A stretch of 64,000 nt of DNA, taken from positions 47,493,727 to 47,557,726 of the forward strand of contig CM097885.1 of the NCBI GenBank assembly GCA_044892525.1. Direction: 5' to 3'. Position numbers and translations under genes: made by a program. Below are positions 40,298 through 53,772 of this stretch, in pieces (the stretch's first letter is position 1; each line of letters starts with the position of its first letter). The notes beneath the pieces are model-generated. The model was not told the origin of the DNA, did no database searches, and saw only the letters and a program-made list of their open reading frames with translations. The stretch comes from Schmidtea polychroa. Lineage: Eukaryota.

Positions 40298-40762
40298 TTA
40301 ATTAAGTGATAATAAAAAATCTAAAAATTCATTTCCTTCAATTATTGATTTAATTTCAGATATGATATTATCAACTATACATTTGTAATCAATATTTTTT
40401 ATTCCAAGAATTACTATCTTACCGCTAGCGAATATATTTACACACATAGGGTTATATTTTATATATCTCAAAGCTGGAAATAATTCTGGTTCGTAAAAGC
40501 ATGGTATTAATTTAGCCAATTTATTTAAATTACAAGAAAAACCTATATCGGAAGTTATGGTTATCGATTGTATTTCTAAATCATAAACATTATATTCACT
40601 AGCTTTGATTATTTCCTTACACCCCATAATTCTACATTTACCAGTTTTGAAATATATTATTGGATATTTTTTACTTCTATTGATGAGTTGTTGTGGTTTC
40701 CCCATTGGAAATACCATTTTTGATACATCAGCTTTTGCCCTGTAATTTATATTTGAAAGCAT
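40298..40762 (-). CDS. TATA-binding-protein (TBP)-like protein, 154 aa
   Basis: Two TBP-like repeats: NINYRA...IYFKTGKCRIMGCK and QSITITSD...NLNKLA...YEPELFPALRY...NIFASGKIVILGIK (compare TBP YEPELFPGLIY and LIFVSGKVVLTGAK). Confidence 0.88.
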   Translation of the reverse strand: MLSNINYRAKADVSKMVFPMGKPQQLINRSKKYPIIYFKTGKCRIMGCKEIIKASEYNVYDLEIQSITITSDIGFSCNLNKLAKLIPCFYEPELFPALRYIKYNPMCVNIFASGKIVILGIKNIDYKCIVDNIISEIKSIIEGNEFLDFLLSLN

Positions 40763-40868
40763 TTTAATGAAATAATTATAAAAACTCTGTTATATATAGT
40801 TATTTTAAAAAGGAGTTCATTTAAATTATCAATATAAACAATAATTATATATAGTTTAAATTTAAAAA

Positions 40869-41507
40869 ATGGAATTACGAAATGATGCAGTATACCAAAT
40901 CGTTGGTCCAAGTGGTAGCGGAAAAACATTATTTGTTTGTAAATTACTAAAATCAAATTTGTTCAAAACAAAATTCAACAATATTTATTGGCATAGGGGC
41001 GCCGATGAAGAACATGGATTGACACAATCAAGTTTCTGTCAATTGAAAAACATGAAAATAGTAAAGGGTTTTGATAAAAACTGGTCAAGTCGTTTGAAGA
41101 AAGATGATGTAATCATTATCGATGATTTGTATCAAGAAGCCAATAAAGAAAAGGATTTTAATAATTTATTCACAAAAATCAGCAGACATGTTGGTGTAAC
41201 AGTTATTTTCATAACACAAAATTTATTTCATCAAGGTGGGGCACATCGAACACGTAATTTAAATGTACAATATCTAGTTATTTTCAAGAATCCTAGAGAT
41301 GCAACTGTCATTGATTTTCTTGGACGACAAGCATACCCTAATAACCGTAATTTTCTTATCAATGCATTTCAAGATGCTACGAAAATACCTCATGGGTATA
41401 TATTTCTCGATTTCACACAACAATGTCCTGATGATATACGGGTAAAAACAGATATTTTCAACCCAAAAGGTGCCATGGTTTATAAACAAAGTTCAAAACA
41501 AAATTGA
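40869..41507 (+). CDS. A32/FtsK-like DNA packaging ATPase
   Basis: Walker A GPSGSGKT, Walker B IIIDDL, SRH, ITQ, RNLN...FKNPRD. Confidence 0.95.
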   Translation: MELRNDAVYQIVGPSGSGKTLFVCKLLKSNLFKTKFNNIYWHRGADEEHGLTQSSFCQLKNMKIVKGFDKNWSSRLKKDDVIIIDDLYQEANKEKDFNNLFTKISRHVGVTVIFITQNLFHQGGAHRTRNLNVQYLVIFKNPRDATVIDFLGRQAYPNNRNFLINAFQDATKIPHGYIFLDFTQQCPDDIRVKTDIFNPKGAMVYKQSSKQN

Positions 41508-41520
41508 AAACATATAAATC

Positions 41521-42015
41521 ATGTTTTCAAAAACAAGGATATCGAGTAAAAAACAACCAAAAGTTCCACCAACAACTAGTTATACTCCATCTAAAGAACT
41601 TATTACAGAAAATTTTCCTGCAATGAATCTTATTTCGAAAAATCCTAAACCTAAACCTAAAAGTAAAACCACTAAGAAAGTAAAAGTTGTTAAAAATCAT
41701 CGGAGTTTCCCGTTTTTCAATACATTGTTAAAAGCACCCAGTATGAAAAGAAACAGTATTTTACAATCTTTTCCAAATTATGTTGTCGATGATTTACTCG
41801 ATATTATACTTAAAGTAGTCAAAGGCAAGATTAAAATCAGTAAATCTAAAAAGCAATTATTGAGTAAACATAGGAAACCTTTGCTATCATTAGTAAATAA
41901 TAAAAATCGTCAACAAATGAGAAAAATTATATATAAACAACAAGGGGGATTTATCGGTGCATTGATACCTTTAGCAATATCATTATTAGGTGGAATAATA
42001 GGAAGTCGATCATAA
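41521..42015 (+). CDS. Basic virion core/membrane-active protein
   Basis: Lys-rich 164 aa ending QQGG-FIGALIPLAISLLGGIIG (protease-site-like GG plus amphipathic helix), typical of small Polinton structural genes. Confidence 0.75.
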   Translation: MFSKTRISSKKQPKVPPTTSYTPSKELITENFPAMNLISKNPKPKPKSKTTKKVKVVKNHRSFPFFNTLLKAPSMKRNSILQSFPNYVVDDLLDIILKVVKGKIKISKSKKQLLSKHRKPLLSLVNNKNRQQMRKIIYKQQGGFIGALIPLAISLLGGIIGSRS

Positions 42016-42076
42016 ACAATGGGTGCTAATCCTTCATTACCAGACATTAAATTTAATATTAAATCTTCTTGTTGTA

Positions 42077-43205
<1,129 letters not shown>

Positions 43206-44210
43206 ATTTTTATACTATTTTACCAAGCAATAGTTGCCCATTAATTCATCCAGACAATCAAGCCAGTAAATTTATGGTCAATCTCCAGAATCCGATTTCT
43301 TTAAATGGGGACTGGGAAGTTGCACTGCAAGATTTTACATTCGTGTACAACACATTCCCATTTTATAGTCAATGTAAGATTGATTTCAAAAGGAATGCTA
43401 TGAAAACATGTAGCGGTATCTTTATTATCAGTAATTATGATAAAACATATCATATTCCAAATCAGATATTAGATCAGCACTGCTCTATGTTTTACAAGGA
43501 TGGATTAAATATCAGTTGTGATTTTAAACCATTTACAATAACATTCGAATATATTGAAGATGCCAAACGATTGGGTTGCAATAAGTTGAAAAATGAAGTT
43601 ATGGAAACCGAATATTTATTACGCTTTAATCTATTTGAAGCAAACAGTGTAATGAGAGAAGAAATCAAAATATCTGTGTCGTATAATAATGAAGTTGAAG
43701 AATCATTCACCTTTGCTGACGAATTATATATTGATAAACTTGATGTGTTACTTAAATATTTAAAGTACAATTGTTCACACATATTTAAAAGTTTGGACAT
43801 TGTGAAAGATCTGTTATTTACATTCAGTTTGAATGATGACATTTGCGAAGTTACATTTGATAAAAATTTGACAAATACACTTGGATTAGAGAAGCAGCAA
43901 TATCGGGAAAAATCGGCTGGTATACGTAAACCAAGAATACTTGAACATCATCAACAAATGTTCATATATACTAATATTATTGAGCCTATTATTGTTGGTG
44001 ATTCCAGTGTTCCTCTTTTGAAATCGGTATGGATTGGAAAATATGAACATGATGAAGTTGTCAATATAAATATAGATAATCCCATGTATTTACCAATTTC
44101 AAGCTCATGTATAAACAATATAGAAATAAATATTCGTGACGATAGTGGAAAACTTATAAACTTTCCAAAAGACTCAAAAACTCATTTGACACTACATTTT
44201 CGTAAAGTAG

Positions 44211-44557
44211 ATGGCTAATTCCGATATTATTAGTATGTATAGTGATAGCCAATCTGGCGGTGAATTACCATATTTTATTGGTAAACAGTACGGATCAGGT
44301 TGGTTAAAAACAATAGGGAGATTTGCACTTCCTATAGTTTTGGTATGAAAACTGCAAAAGATGTTATTATGAATGAACAGAAAATATTACCATCCCTAAA
44401 AACAAATGCTTTAGCTGAGTTAGGGAAGGTTCTACCTGGAGTTGCTGGTATGTTTCAAAAAGATACGCCTCCAGCCCCAGCTCCAAAACGTAAAGGACAT
44501 GGAATATCACGTATAAACAAACGAATGAAAGGACATGGAACTATATTTGCAAAATGA
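44211..44557 (+). pseudogene. Core protein (QSGG/QYGSG motifs) frameshifted by a 16-bp deletion
   Basis: Relative to the intact copy at 60220-60585, TCTTAAACGTATTGGT is missing after 44335. Confidence 0.85.
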
Positions 44558-45777
44558 TTTGTGGTAAATCCGAATTATGTATATTTGATAGACCATCGCC
44601 TCAAGCGGTAATCGAATTTGGGGCATTTGAGGAAGTTTTTCCTATGAATTCAATTACTGATAGTAGAAATGATATCGAGTTTTATATTAATGGTTCGCAA
44701 ACTGAATATTTAGATTTGAACGATACTTTATTGACTGTCCAGATCAAGGTTGTAGATAAAGATAGAAAAGTTTTGGATGCCAATGCAGATGTAATACCGA
44801 ACAATTTCCTGTTTCATACTCTATTTAAAGATGCAGTGTTGGGATTTAATAATATCAAGATTGAGGGCGGAAATAATACATTCATTCACAAGGCTTTGAT
44901 AGAAACTATTTTAAATTACAATTCTGATACTAAAAATACCTGTCTTACACCTATGGGTTATGCTGCAACAGATGATGAAAGAAAAAAGTGGGTTAAAGGC
45001 TCAAAATCATTCACTATGTGCTCATCATTACAACTCGATTTTATGGATCAACCGAAATATTTGCTACCAGGAGTTAATGTACACATTAGATTGAAAAGGT
45101 CCGATTCTGCATTATCTCTTACTAGTGCAACTGGTGCACCAATATGTCAATTAGTAGATGCAAAATTATTGGTGAGAAGAGTTCGAGTAGACCCGTCAGT
45201 ATTAGCTGGTCATCAATTGGGTCTTAATTCAAAACATGCAATTTATCCATTAAAAACAAAGGAAATTGTGCAATTTGCTATTGCTAAAGGTGCTTCATCA
45301 TTCTATAAAGAACAAATATTTGGTGACAGAAGAATGCCTAATTTTATTCTGGTAACATTTCAAAGTGAAACGCAATATAATGGATCTTATACTGCTTCCA
45401 GCTCAATTTTCAAAAATTTTGGTGTTACTTCATTGACTTTGTCGAAAAATACTGATTATAGAGAAACATATACTCAAGATTTCGAAAGCGATAATTACTG
45501 TGCGACATATATGCAGAGTATTGTTAGAAATCTGGGTTACTTAGATAAAAACTTGAATTGTGGAATTACTCTAGAAGAATTTAAAAGCAAATATCCATTT
45601 TTCACATTTGTTTTAGCCCCTGATTTTGATTTAAATCAGAGTCAACTACCACAAAACGGGAATTTACGACTGGATATTAAGTTTGCAAAAGCTATCACTG
45701 AACCGGTACATGTTATAATATATGGAGTATTTGAAAATGAAGTTCAAATTACTGCAAATAGAACCGTGCTAGTATAA
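44554..45777 (+). CDS. Major capsid protein (double jelly-roll, hexon-like)
   Basis: KSEL.IF..P.PQ..IE, IEF.I.G...YLDL..T.L and GNLRLDIKFA motifs of Polinton MCP; intact 407 aa. Confidence 0.93.
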   Translation: MICGKSELCIFDRPSPQAVIEFGAFEEVFPMNSITDSRNDIEFYINGSQTEYLDLNDTLLTVQIKVVDKDRKVLDANADVIPNNFLFHTLFKDAVLGFNNIKIEGGNNTFIHKALIETILNYNSDTKNTCLTPMGYAATDDERKKWVKGSKSFTMCSSLQLDFMDQPKYLLPGVNVHIRLKRSDSALSLTSATGAPICQLVDAKLLVRRVRVDPSVLAGHQLGLNSKHAIYPLKTKEIVQFAIAKGASSFYKEQIFGDRRMPNFILVTFQSETQYNGSYTASSSIFKNFGVTSLTLSKNTDYRETYTQDFESDNYCATYMQSIVRNLGYLDKNLNCGITLEEFKSKYPFFTFVLAPDFDLNQSQLPQNGNLRLDIKFAKAITEPVHVIIYGVFENEVQITANRTVLV

Positions 45778-46189
45778 ATGTATACAGAAACACAAAAAGT
45801 TGTCATGGAGTAAGTTTTTTGATACTGTTTAATTTTATTAAAGTAGTTCTGTTCAGGTTAATCGAATTGGAAAACAAATATTAGGAAATGAATTTGTAGG
45901 TGTTTTCCCTCTCGATAAAATTCCTTATTTGAGCAATAATCAAGCCATAATCGTCAATACTCATTCGTCTCATCTTGGTGGAGAACATTGGATAGCTATA
46001 TATGTGAAACCTAGTAATATATTCGTATTCGATCCTATGGGTTTCTATTATCCTGCTTTGTTGATATCAAAACTTCAAACAATTGGGAAACCTATTGTAT
46101 ATAATAAAACTATGTTTCAAAATCCATTGACTCAAACATGTGGTCAACACTGTTTGGCATGGTTGTTGTATAAAAAATTTGATGGTTAA
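45778..46189 (+). CDS. Adenain-like cysteine maturation protease, probably two exons (short intron from 45810 to 45843 or 45846)
   Basis: FVGVFPLD, IVNT...GEHW, FDPMG, FQ...TCGQHC (His/Asp/Gln/Cys). A GTAAGT donor at 45810 and tandem AG acceptors restore the frame. Confidence 0.9.
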
Positions 46190-46541
46190 TAAATGTATAC
46201 TGTATGATTTTTATTTGTTGACTATTTTAATTATTTGTTAAATATTATTATTATTTGTTAAATATTATTATTATTATTTGTTAAATTTTATGTTTAAAAA
46301 TATTATGTAATACTATTACATGTTCAGTGCATGCACAGTGCAAAGTAACAAAGCACTGAGTAATAAAGACATGTAAAGGTCATTATTTCATCATGGTTTG
46401 TATAAACAAACATGTAGTGTCTTTTCCTATCCTATCTCTATTTTCATTGGTCGGTTAATAAAACCTGTAATATCTCTCTTATATAGTCTACACTTTCATT
46501 TTTTCATCACTTTTAAAAATCTATTACCAATATTTAACAAC

Positions 46542-49500
46542 ATGAACAACAACAACAACAATATTCAAAGAGTTGACGGATAGATCGTTGGAGGAATTAA
46601 TGGTAAATTTATTATTTTATTATTTTATTATTTTTAATATGATTATTAGGTACTAATCAACAAATTAAAATGAATATCGACGGACAAGATGTAGACATGA
46701 ATAGAATAAATGGTAATAGTTTACTCTTATTATCATTATTATTTTTATTATGCTTTTAGATGGAAATGTAATAAATACTTCTGCTGGTGCCGATGCTTGA
46801 AAATTTCTTTCGAAAGGACGAAAATGTAAGTATTTATTTATTGTAATAAGTTTTTAAGTTTTTTAAACAATATTAATAATAATAATAATAATATTAATAA
46901 TAATAATAATTAAAAGAAGAAACTTATGAAAAGAAGATTTATTCATGAAAAGAAGATTTACTTATTTTGAAAGGAAGATTTATGAAAAGAAGATTTATTC
47001 ATGAAAAGAAGATTTATGATAATTTTGAAAGGAAGATTTATGAAAAGATTTATTCATGAAAAGAAGATTTATTTATTTATGATGATTTTATAAAGAAGAT
47101 TTATGAAATATGATGATGATTTTGAACATTATAATTAATAACTTTTATATATTATTTATGAAAATCTATTTTTGAAAATGAATTATTTATTTATTTATGA
47201 AAATGAATTAAATTATATATTTTATATTATTTTTTATAAGATACTATTTAAAAGTCAATTTTGAATAATATCTTACGAAAAATATCTTAAACTTTAAAAA
47301 TGATTATTAGAAGATTTATTTATTTATGATGATTTTATAAAGAAGATTTATGAAATATGATGATTTTGAACATTATAATTAATAACTTTTATATATTATT
47401 TATGAAAATCTATTTTAGAAAATGAATTATTTATTTATGAAAATGAATTAAATTATATATTATTTTTTATAAGATACTATTTAAAAGTCAATTTTGAATA
47501 ATATCTTACGAAAAATATCTTAAACTTTAAAAATGATTATTATCTTATTATTTTTTAAACATTTTATGATAAAAATATTTTCATAGGTTTGAAATACCAA
47601 AACTTTTGTAATAGTCAATATCATAATGACTGCGATGATATAATGGAAAGATATTATAGTCACAAATATAACGGTGTCACCTACATCCTATGCCCTAAAT
47701 GTGAGGTTATTGAAGTTATAACGTATAAGGAATTTTATAATAAGCATAGACTCCATCTCCAACAATTTAAACCTTCTAAGAAGTCTCTTTTCTATAGCTT
47801 ATATGAATCGTTTGTTAATAATAATAATAATAATAATAATATCAACAACAATAATAATAATATCAACAACACTAATAATAATATCAACAACACTAATAAT
47901 AATATCAACACTAATAATATCAACAACAATAATAATATCAACAATAATAATATCAACAATAATGATAATAATATCACCAACAATAATACTAACAACACCA
48001 ATAATATAAACGAAATAACTAAACTAAAAGATCAAGTAAATAAATTAAATGATCAAATAAATAATCTAATTAATATGAATAAAAGAAAAAATAATGAAAA
48101 AATCAATTCAATACCAAGTAAAAAATCTAAAGTTATTGAAATAATCAACATAAGTGATGATGATGAAATAATCAACATAAGTGATGATGAAATTGATAAT
48201 AATAATAGTAGTAGTAATATTTATTATAATAATGGTAATAATAATAATATTAATCAAATAGGTTATGGTGTCGTAGATGTCACCAGTGATTTAAATAATA
48301 ATCATATTATATTAAAAATGGACGTTTCGTCTTTAGATTTAAAAACGGTCTCTGTACCAGACATTTTAATAAATAAATTAAATTTATATGTAAATAAATT
48401 AAAATCATGTAAAATTCAATTTTGTCTAAAGGTGGAATTTATAAAAGATGATGAGTTACAATCTTTTGTAATATCGAATTCCGCCCGAGTTTGGAGCGAT
48501 ACATTCATTGACGAAGGTATTGCTCGTTTAAATGAAAAAATAATTAAAATTAATGAGAAAGGTAGTAATTGGACTATCAATAAAATAGAATACATAAGCT
48601 TTGTTCTGACTAAATTTGCTGAAATAAGTCGGTTAAGTGGTAGAAGTTTTATTGAAACCCCAAAATCTTTAAGAAACTTAAGCTGTCTCGTTAATGTAGT
48701 TAATAATGACCACTTCTGCTTTTTGTATAGTTTCTTGTCAATTATTAAATATGATAGTATAAATAGGCAATATAGAAATCGCCCTAATTCCTACAATCTT
48801 TCTGAAATTAAATTTGATCCTAATGATATGCCGATGAAACTATCAAATATAAGTAAATTTGAACAACAAAATCCGGGTTATAGTATTAATGTTCTTACTT
48901 ATAACGAAAGGGCTTTGATTGACATTTCCGATGAAGATGCAGTTATGAAACATCCCTTTATTGATATAATATATAGGAGTAAGATAGTAGGAGCCATACC
49001 TATCAATTTATTATTAATTGAAAAGAATGATAATTATCATTATCTTGGAATCACAGACCTAAATAGATTTCTTAATTGTAGGAATAGTTCAATCACTCCT
49101 GTTAGGATTTGTAGTCAGTGGTGCCCTAGATGTTTAAACGGTTTTAGGAATGATGACGCTTTTAATAGACATAAGGGTCTTTGCGATAAAAATCAGCTTG
49201 GTACTACCTTGTACACATTGCCTAAAAATAAATATTTAGAATTTACTGATTGGAGTAAAACAGTTACTCCTCCCTTGGTTATTTACGCTGACTTTGAGGC
49301 TATCTTACCTAAAGACACTCGCTACTTTCAACGTCATCTGCCTATTTCTGCCGGTATGCTTTTTATTAATAATTTCACGGGCGTAAAAATTTATAAGTCG
49401 TTCACCGGTTTAGATTGTGTCGATCAATTTCTTACTGAAATTGAAATGATAGGGAAATATATTGTAACTCCTTATTATTATAAAAATTATCAAAAGAAAA

Positions 49501-51680
49501 TGATAATTACAGATGAGCAACAATTAATGTTTGAAAACAGCACATCATGTTATTTGTGCAATAAGCCTTTAGTTAGTCCAGTTAGGGACCATGATCATTT
49601 TACCGGTCTATATCTTGGTGCCGCTTGTACAACTTGTAATCTGTCGAGGCAAATTAGACATACCCTTCCTGTAGTATTTCATAATTTAAAGGGTTATGAT
49701 CTGCATCATATCTTGAAATTTGGCCTTTCAAAATATCATTCATGGAATATTAGTTGTATTCCTTTAACCAGCGAGAAATTCCTTAGTCTTTTTGCTAGGA
49801 TTGACTCATTAACTGTTAAATTTATAGACTCTTATCAATTTGTCAGCGAGTCTTTAAATAATGCTGTCAAAACTTTATCATCTTTACCCTTGACCGAATC
49901 AGAATTTCAGGGTACAATAATAACTGCAAAGGGAATTTTTCCTTATGATGCCGCAACTTCATTAGAGGTTTTGCATAACACTCATCAGTTACCTCCTATT
50001 TGGAAAGATGTGACTCCCGCTGAATATGAGACAGCTCAGCGAATTTGGGTTGAAACTTCATGTACTTCACTTTTCGATTACATGATGGTTTATTTAAAAC
50101 TTGATGTTTTCCTTTTAGCCGATTTTTTCCAGCAATTTAGAGCTAAGTCCATTGCTCATAACCGACTAGAGCCATTAAATTTCTTAGGGATTCCAGGTAT
50201 GTCTTGGAATTCAGCCTTATTAACTTTAAACTCTCCAATTGAGCTCCTCACCGATATGGAGATGTATAACTTTTTCGAGGGCGGTATCCGTGGCGGACTA
50301 ACTTTTGTAAATAAACATTATGTAAAAACAGACCCGGATACCGCTTTGCTTTACATAGATATAAATAATTTATACGGTTGGGCTTTAAGTCAACCATTAC
50401 CTTGCAGTGACTTTGAATGGGTTACTGATGATAATTTATTAAATAATATAATTGTTGAATGCACAACGGTAGATTTAGATCTGCTTGATTATGGTTATAC
50501 CATAGAAGTGGATTTAGAAATACCGACGTCAATTCACGACAAACTGGACGATCTTCCCGTTGCCGCTGAAAAGATGTGTGTACCGGGTTCGAAAATAGAG
50601 AAGCTGTTGCTTACACACAGCCCCAAGAGGAACTACGTTCTTCATTGGAGGCTTCTACAAATATTTATTAAATTAGGTGTTAAAATATCAAAAACACATA
50701 GAGCAATTAAATTTAAACAAGATAAAATTTTCAAAAATTATATTAACACAAATACGGCGTTACGAGCAGCGTCGACAAATAAACTCGATAAAAATTTTTA
50801 TAAATTATTAAACAACAGTCTTTACGGCAAGACTGTTGAAAATCTTAAAAAACGTATTAATTTACGTCTGTGTAATTCTTCACAGAGATTATTAACATTC
50901 TGTTCGAAACCGACTTTTCGTAAATCCACGAAAATCGATGATGACTTGATTTCGGTTTTATTGAGGAAGGACATAGTATGTTTGAATAGACCTAGTTACA
51001 TTGGTCAAACCGTACTTGATTTATCCAAACTCAGGATGTACCAGCTGCAGTATGAAGAGTTGCAAAAATATCGCGACGAATTCAACTGCGAAATTAATAT
51101 CGTTGCTGGAGACACAGATTCCTTCTTCTTGGAAATTAAACATTGTAGTCTTGACATTCTTTTACCTGCGATGATTAGAGATCAATTATTAGATACTTCG
51201 AATTATGACCCAAATCATCCTTTATATAGTAGGAACCTTGATTCTGTCATTGGTAAATTCAAAGACGAGAATAAAGGGTTATTATATAAAGATTGGGTGT
51301 TCTTGAGACCTAAATGTTACAGTTTGATGGGTGATGAGGAAAGTATGAAGGCTAAGGGGATAAGTATGAAAGATACTGGACTAACACATCAGTCGTATCT
51401 AGATTGTTATTTAAATGATAAAATATACACAGTCCCTCAGTTTAGAATAACGTCAAAAAATCACCAACTTTTTAGTATTAAAAATAATAAAAGAGCCTTG
51501 ACATGTAGAGATGATAAGCGAAATTGGGTGGATAAAAATCAAAGTTTGGCATATGGTCATTATAGGGGCGGTGACACCGTTATATTTATAGATTCAACGG
51601 AAGCTATCTCAGCAGATGATACAGATGATTTCCATGATCCAGCAGATGATAATTATTTTGGACATGATTATTTTCGATGA
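46542..51680 (+). CDS. polB: Protein-primed family B DNA polymerase; predicted join(46542..46602,46650..46712,46760..46825,47587..51680), with two in-frame stops in the leader exons
   Basis: YADFE, CYLC..RDHDH..G.Y.GAAC..CNL, FHNLKGYD, KGIFPY, YIDINNLYG, KLLNNSLYGK and GDTDS. The main exon has no ATG at its start and follows acceptor TTTCATAG. Three phase-1 GT..AG introns keep the frame. Confidence 0.95.
46915..47541. repeat. GAAAAGAAGATTTAT short repeats and a ~240-bp direct duplication inside the predicted pPolB intron 3
   Basis: A block beginning AGAAGATTTATTTATTTATGATGATTTTATAAAG occurs at ~47062 and ~47309. Confidence 0.85.
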
Positions 51681-51916
51681 TGTGTTTAAATTATTTAATA
51701 AATGTATTAGTCATATTGTCTTGAATATTTTTTAACAGTAACTTTGTGAACAATTTTTATACATTGTGTGTAATAATAATATGTTAAAGTTTTGTTAGTT
51801 ACCTTTATCACCTTTACCCAGTGTGTTAATAAATTTTAGTGTATATTTAAAGTATAATTTCTTTGTTAATGTTTTGTCTTGAATATTTTTTAACAGTAAC
51901 TTTGTGAGCAGTACCC

Positions 51917-51917
<1 letters not shown>

Positions 51918-51950
<33 letters not shown>

Positions 51951-52027
51951 TGATAATAATAATAATAATAATATTAATATTAATAATAATAATAATAATA
52001 ATGATAATAATAATAATAATAATAATG

Positions 52028-52081
<54 letters not shown>

Positions 52082-52135
52082 TTAATATTAATAATAATAA
52101 TAATAATAATGATAATAATAATAATAATAATAATG

Positions 52136-52216
<81 letters not shown>

Positions 52217-52747
52217 TATGTTTTATTACATTGTTTAATAATACCCTTGCGAGTTGTTGAGCGCGACCAGTACCCTTGTTAGCAGTATCCCATAGGGGGG
52301 ACAGAATATTTTGTCGGATAAACTCGGAGTATATAGATTAATAATATATCGATGAGAACACTAACTTGTTGCGTGTGTGGACATTAATAATAATATTTTT
52401 ATACATTGTGTGTGTGACCATAGGGGAACAGAATATTTTGTCTGAGTATTGTGTGTAATAATTTTATTTTATTTAACCATCAAAATAAGTTTTTAAAATA
52501 CCGCAACGTAATATATTTAATAATTAAAATTTCAAAATACCGCAACGTAATATATTTTTAAAATACCGCAACGTAATATAAATTTTAAAATACCGCAACG
52601 TAATATAAATTTAAAAAAAAAAAATTTAAAAAAAAAAAAAAATTTAAAAAAAAAAAAAATTAAAAAAAAAAATACCCCCCTCCCCCCCGGGGGGTGGGGG
52701 GTATGACGTCATATGTCTTTGTTCCCGGGTCCACACAATACCCTACT
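51918..52747 (-). repeat. Right TIR of the Polinton
   Basis: Mirror of the left TIR; inner boundary falls in the (AAT)n tract. Confidence 0.95.
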
Positions 52748-53470
52748 TACCTAATATTTCCTCATCATTCAAACTATGTAGTTTATAAGTATAAGTGTTT
52801 GTGTTGTATATTTTTTTGATGAAAAATATTTCTTTTGAACATAAATGAGTAATTCCTTTTTCAAATTTATTTTTCCATTTAAATATTCTAACTCTGTTTC
52901 TAAAATTAAATTTTTGTTTTTCAATCAAATCGCTTTTAGCATTATTTTTTTTTAAAAAATAATCTGCTAAAATATCAATCCAAATTCTATTTCCTCGTTC
53001 TGTAAATTTTTTATACATTAAACTTTTAAGTGTTCTGTTGAATCGTTCAATGATTGGATCGTGTAATGAACTTTGTGATCTTTCAGCTGGTTGGTTTTGT
53101 AAGTTGAATAAATTTCAATATTATTTTCTTGTAAAAAATCTTTAAATGTTTTGTTAAAAACTTTGTACCATTATCAACATAAAATTTATTAGGCAATCTA
53201 TTTGACGACTTAATATTCAAATTTTCAAATGCGTCTTTAATTGTGTCTCCTTTCTTGTTTAATAATCGAATAGCCCAAGCGTATCTAGTATACAAATCAA
53301 TGATTGTTAGGAAATATTTATTGTTACCGTTCTTTTTCGAATTTACTGTTTCAATTAAATCTATAGACCAAATATCATCCTTGTTAAAAACTTTAATTTT
53401 TAAATATTTTTTATCATTTCTATATTCTTTGTGTAATTTACTTGCAAAAATCTTTGATTCATCGTCATAA
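52748..53470 (-). pseudogene. int: RVE integrase of the older Polinton, degraded and interrupted
   Basis: FASKLHKEYR...DDIWSIDL...YFLTIIDLYTRYAWA...VDNGTKF...IERFNRTL...FEKG; frameshifted. Continues at 37158. Confidence 0.9.
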
Positions 53471-53514
53471 TCGATTTTACCACCTAAGGCTATTGGCTTA
53501 TTTTCTCCTCCACC

Positions 53515-53772
53515 TTAAACAACCTTTGCTTTGATTGATGTTTTTGCAATTGCTCTTGAAAAACTTTCCCTTAATGTTGGATCTTGAATTTCATTAACCT
53601 CTTGAATTAAATCAATGTCAGCTTTTTGTCGAGATCTTACATCTTTAGCTTGGTATGCAATATCATGTTTTAAAGCTTCTTGATCAACACGATTTATTGG
53701 TTCTTCTCTTGGTTTAGGAATGTTATTTTCATCAAGTCTAATATCTAATCTTGTTCCTGGTTCTAAATAATT
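53515..53772 (-). pseudogene. Parvovirus-type phospholipase A2 domain of the older Polinton/adintovirus
   Basis: Manual translation: NYLEPGTRLDIRLDENNIPKPREEPINRVDQEALKHDIAY...RQKADIDLI (a YLGPG-like Ca-loop and HDxxY catalytic motif). The upstream part contains stops. Confidence 0.85.

Noticed and set aside
46581..46800. Alternative genetic code or readthrough to explain the stops in the pPolB leader
   Set aside because: Long ORFs in the window are open under the standard code and neighbouring genes end at TAA and TGA. Single transitions explain both stops more simply.
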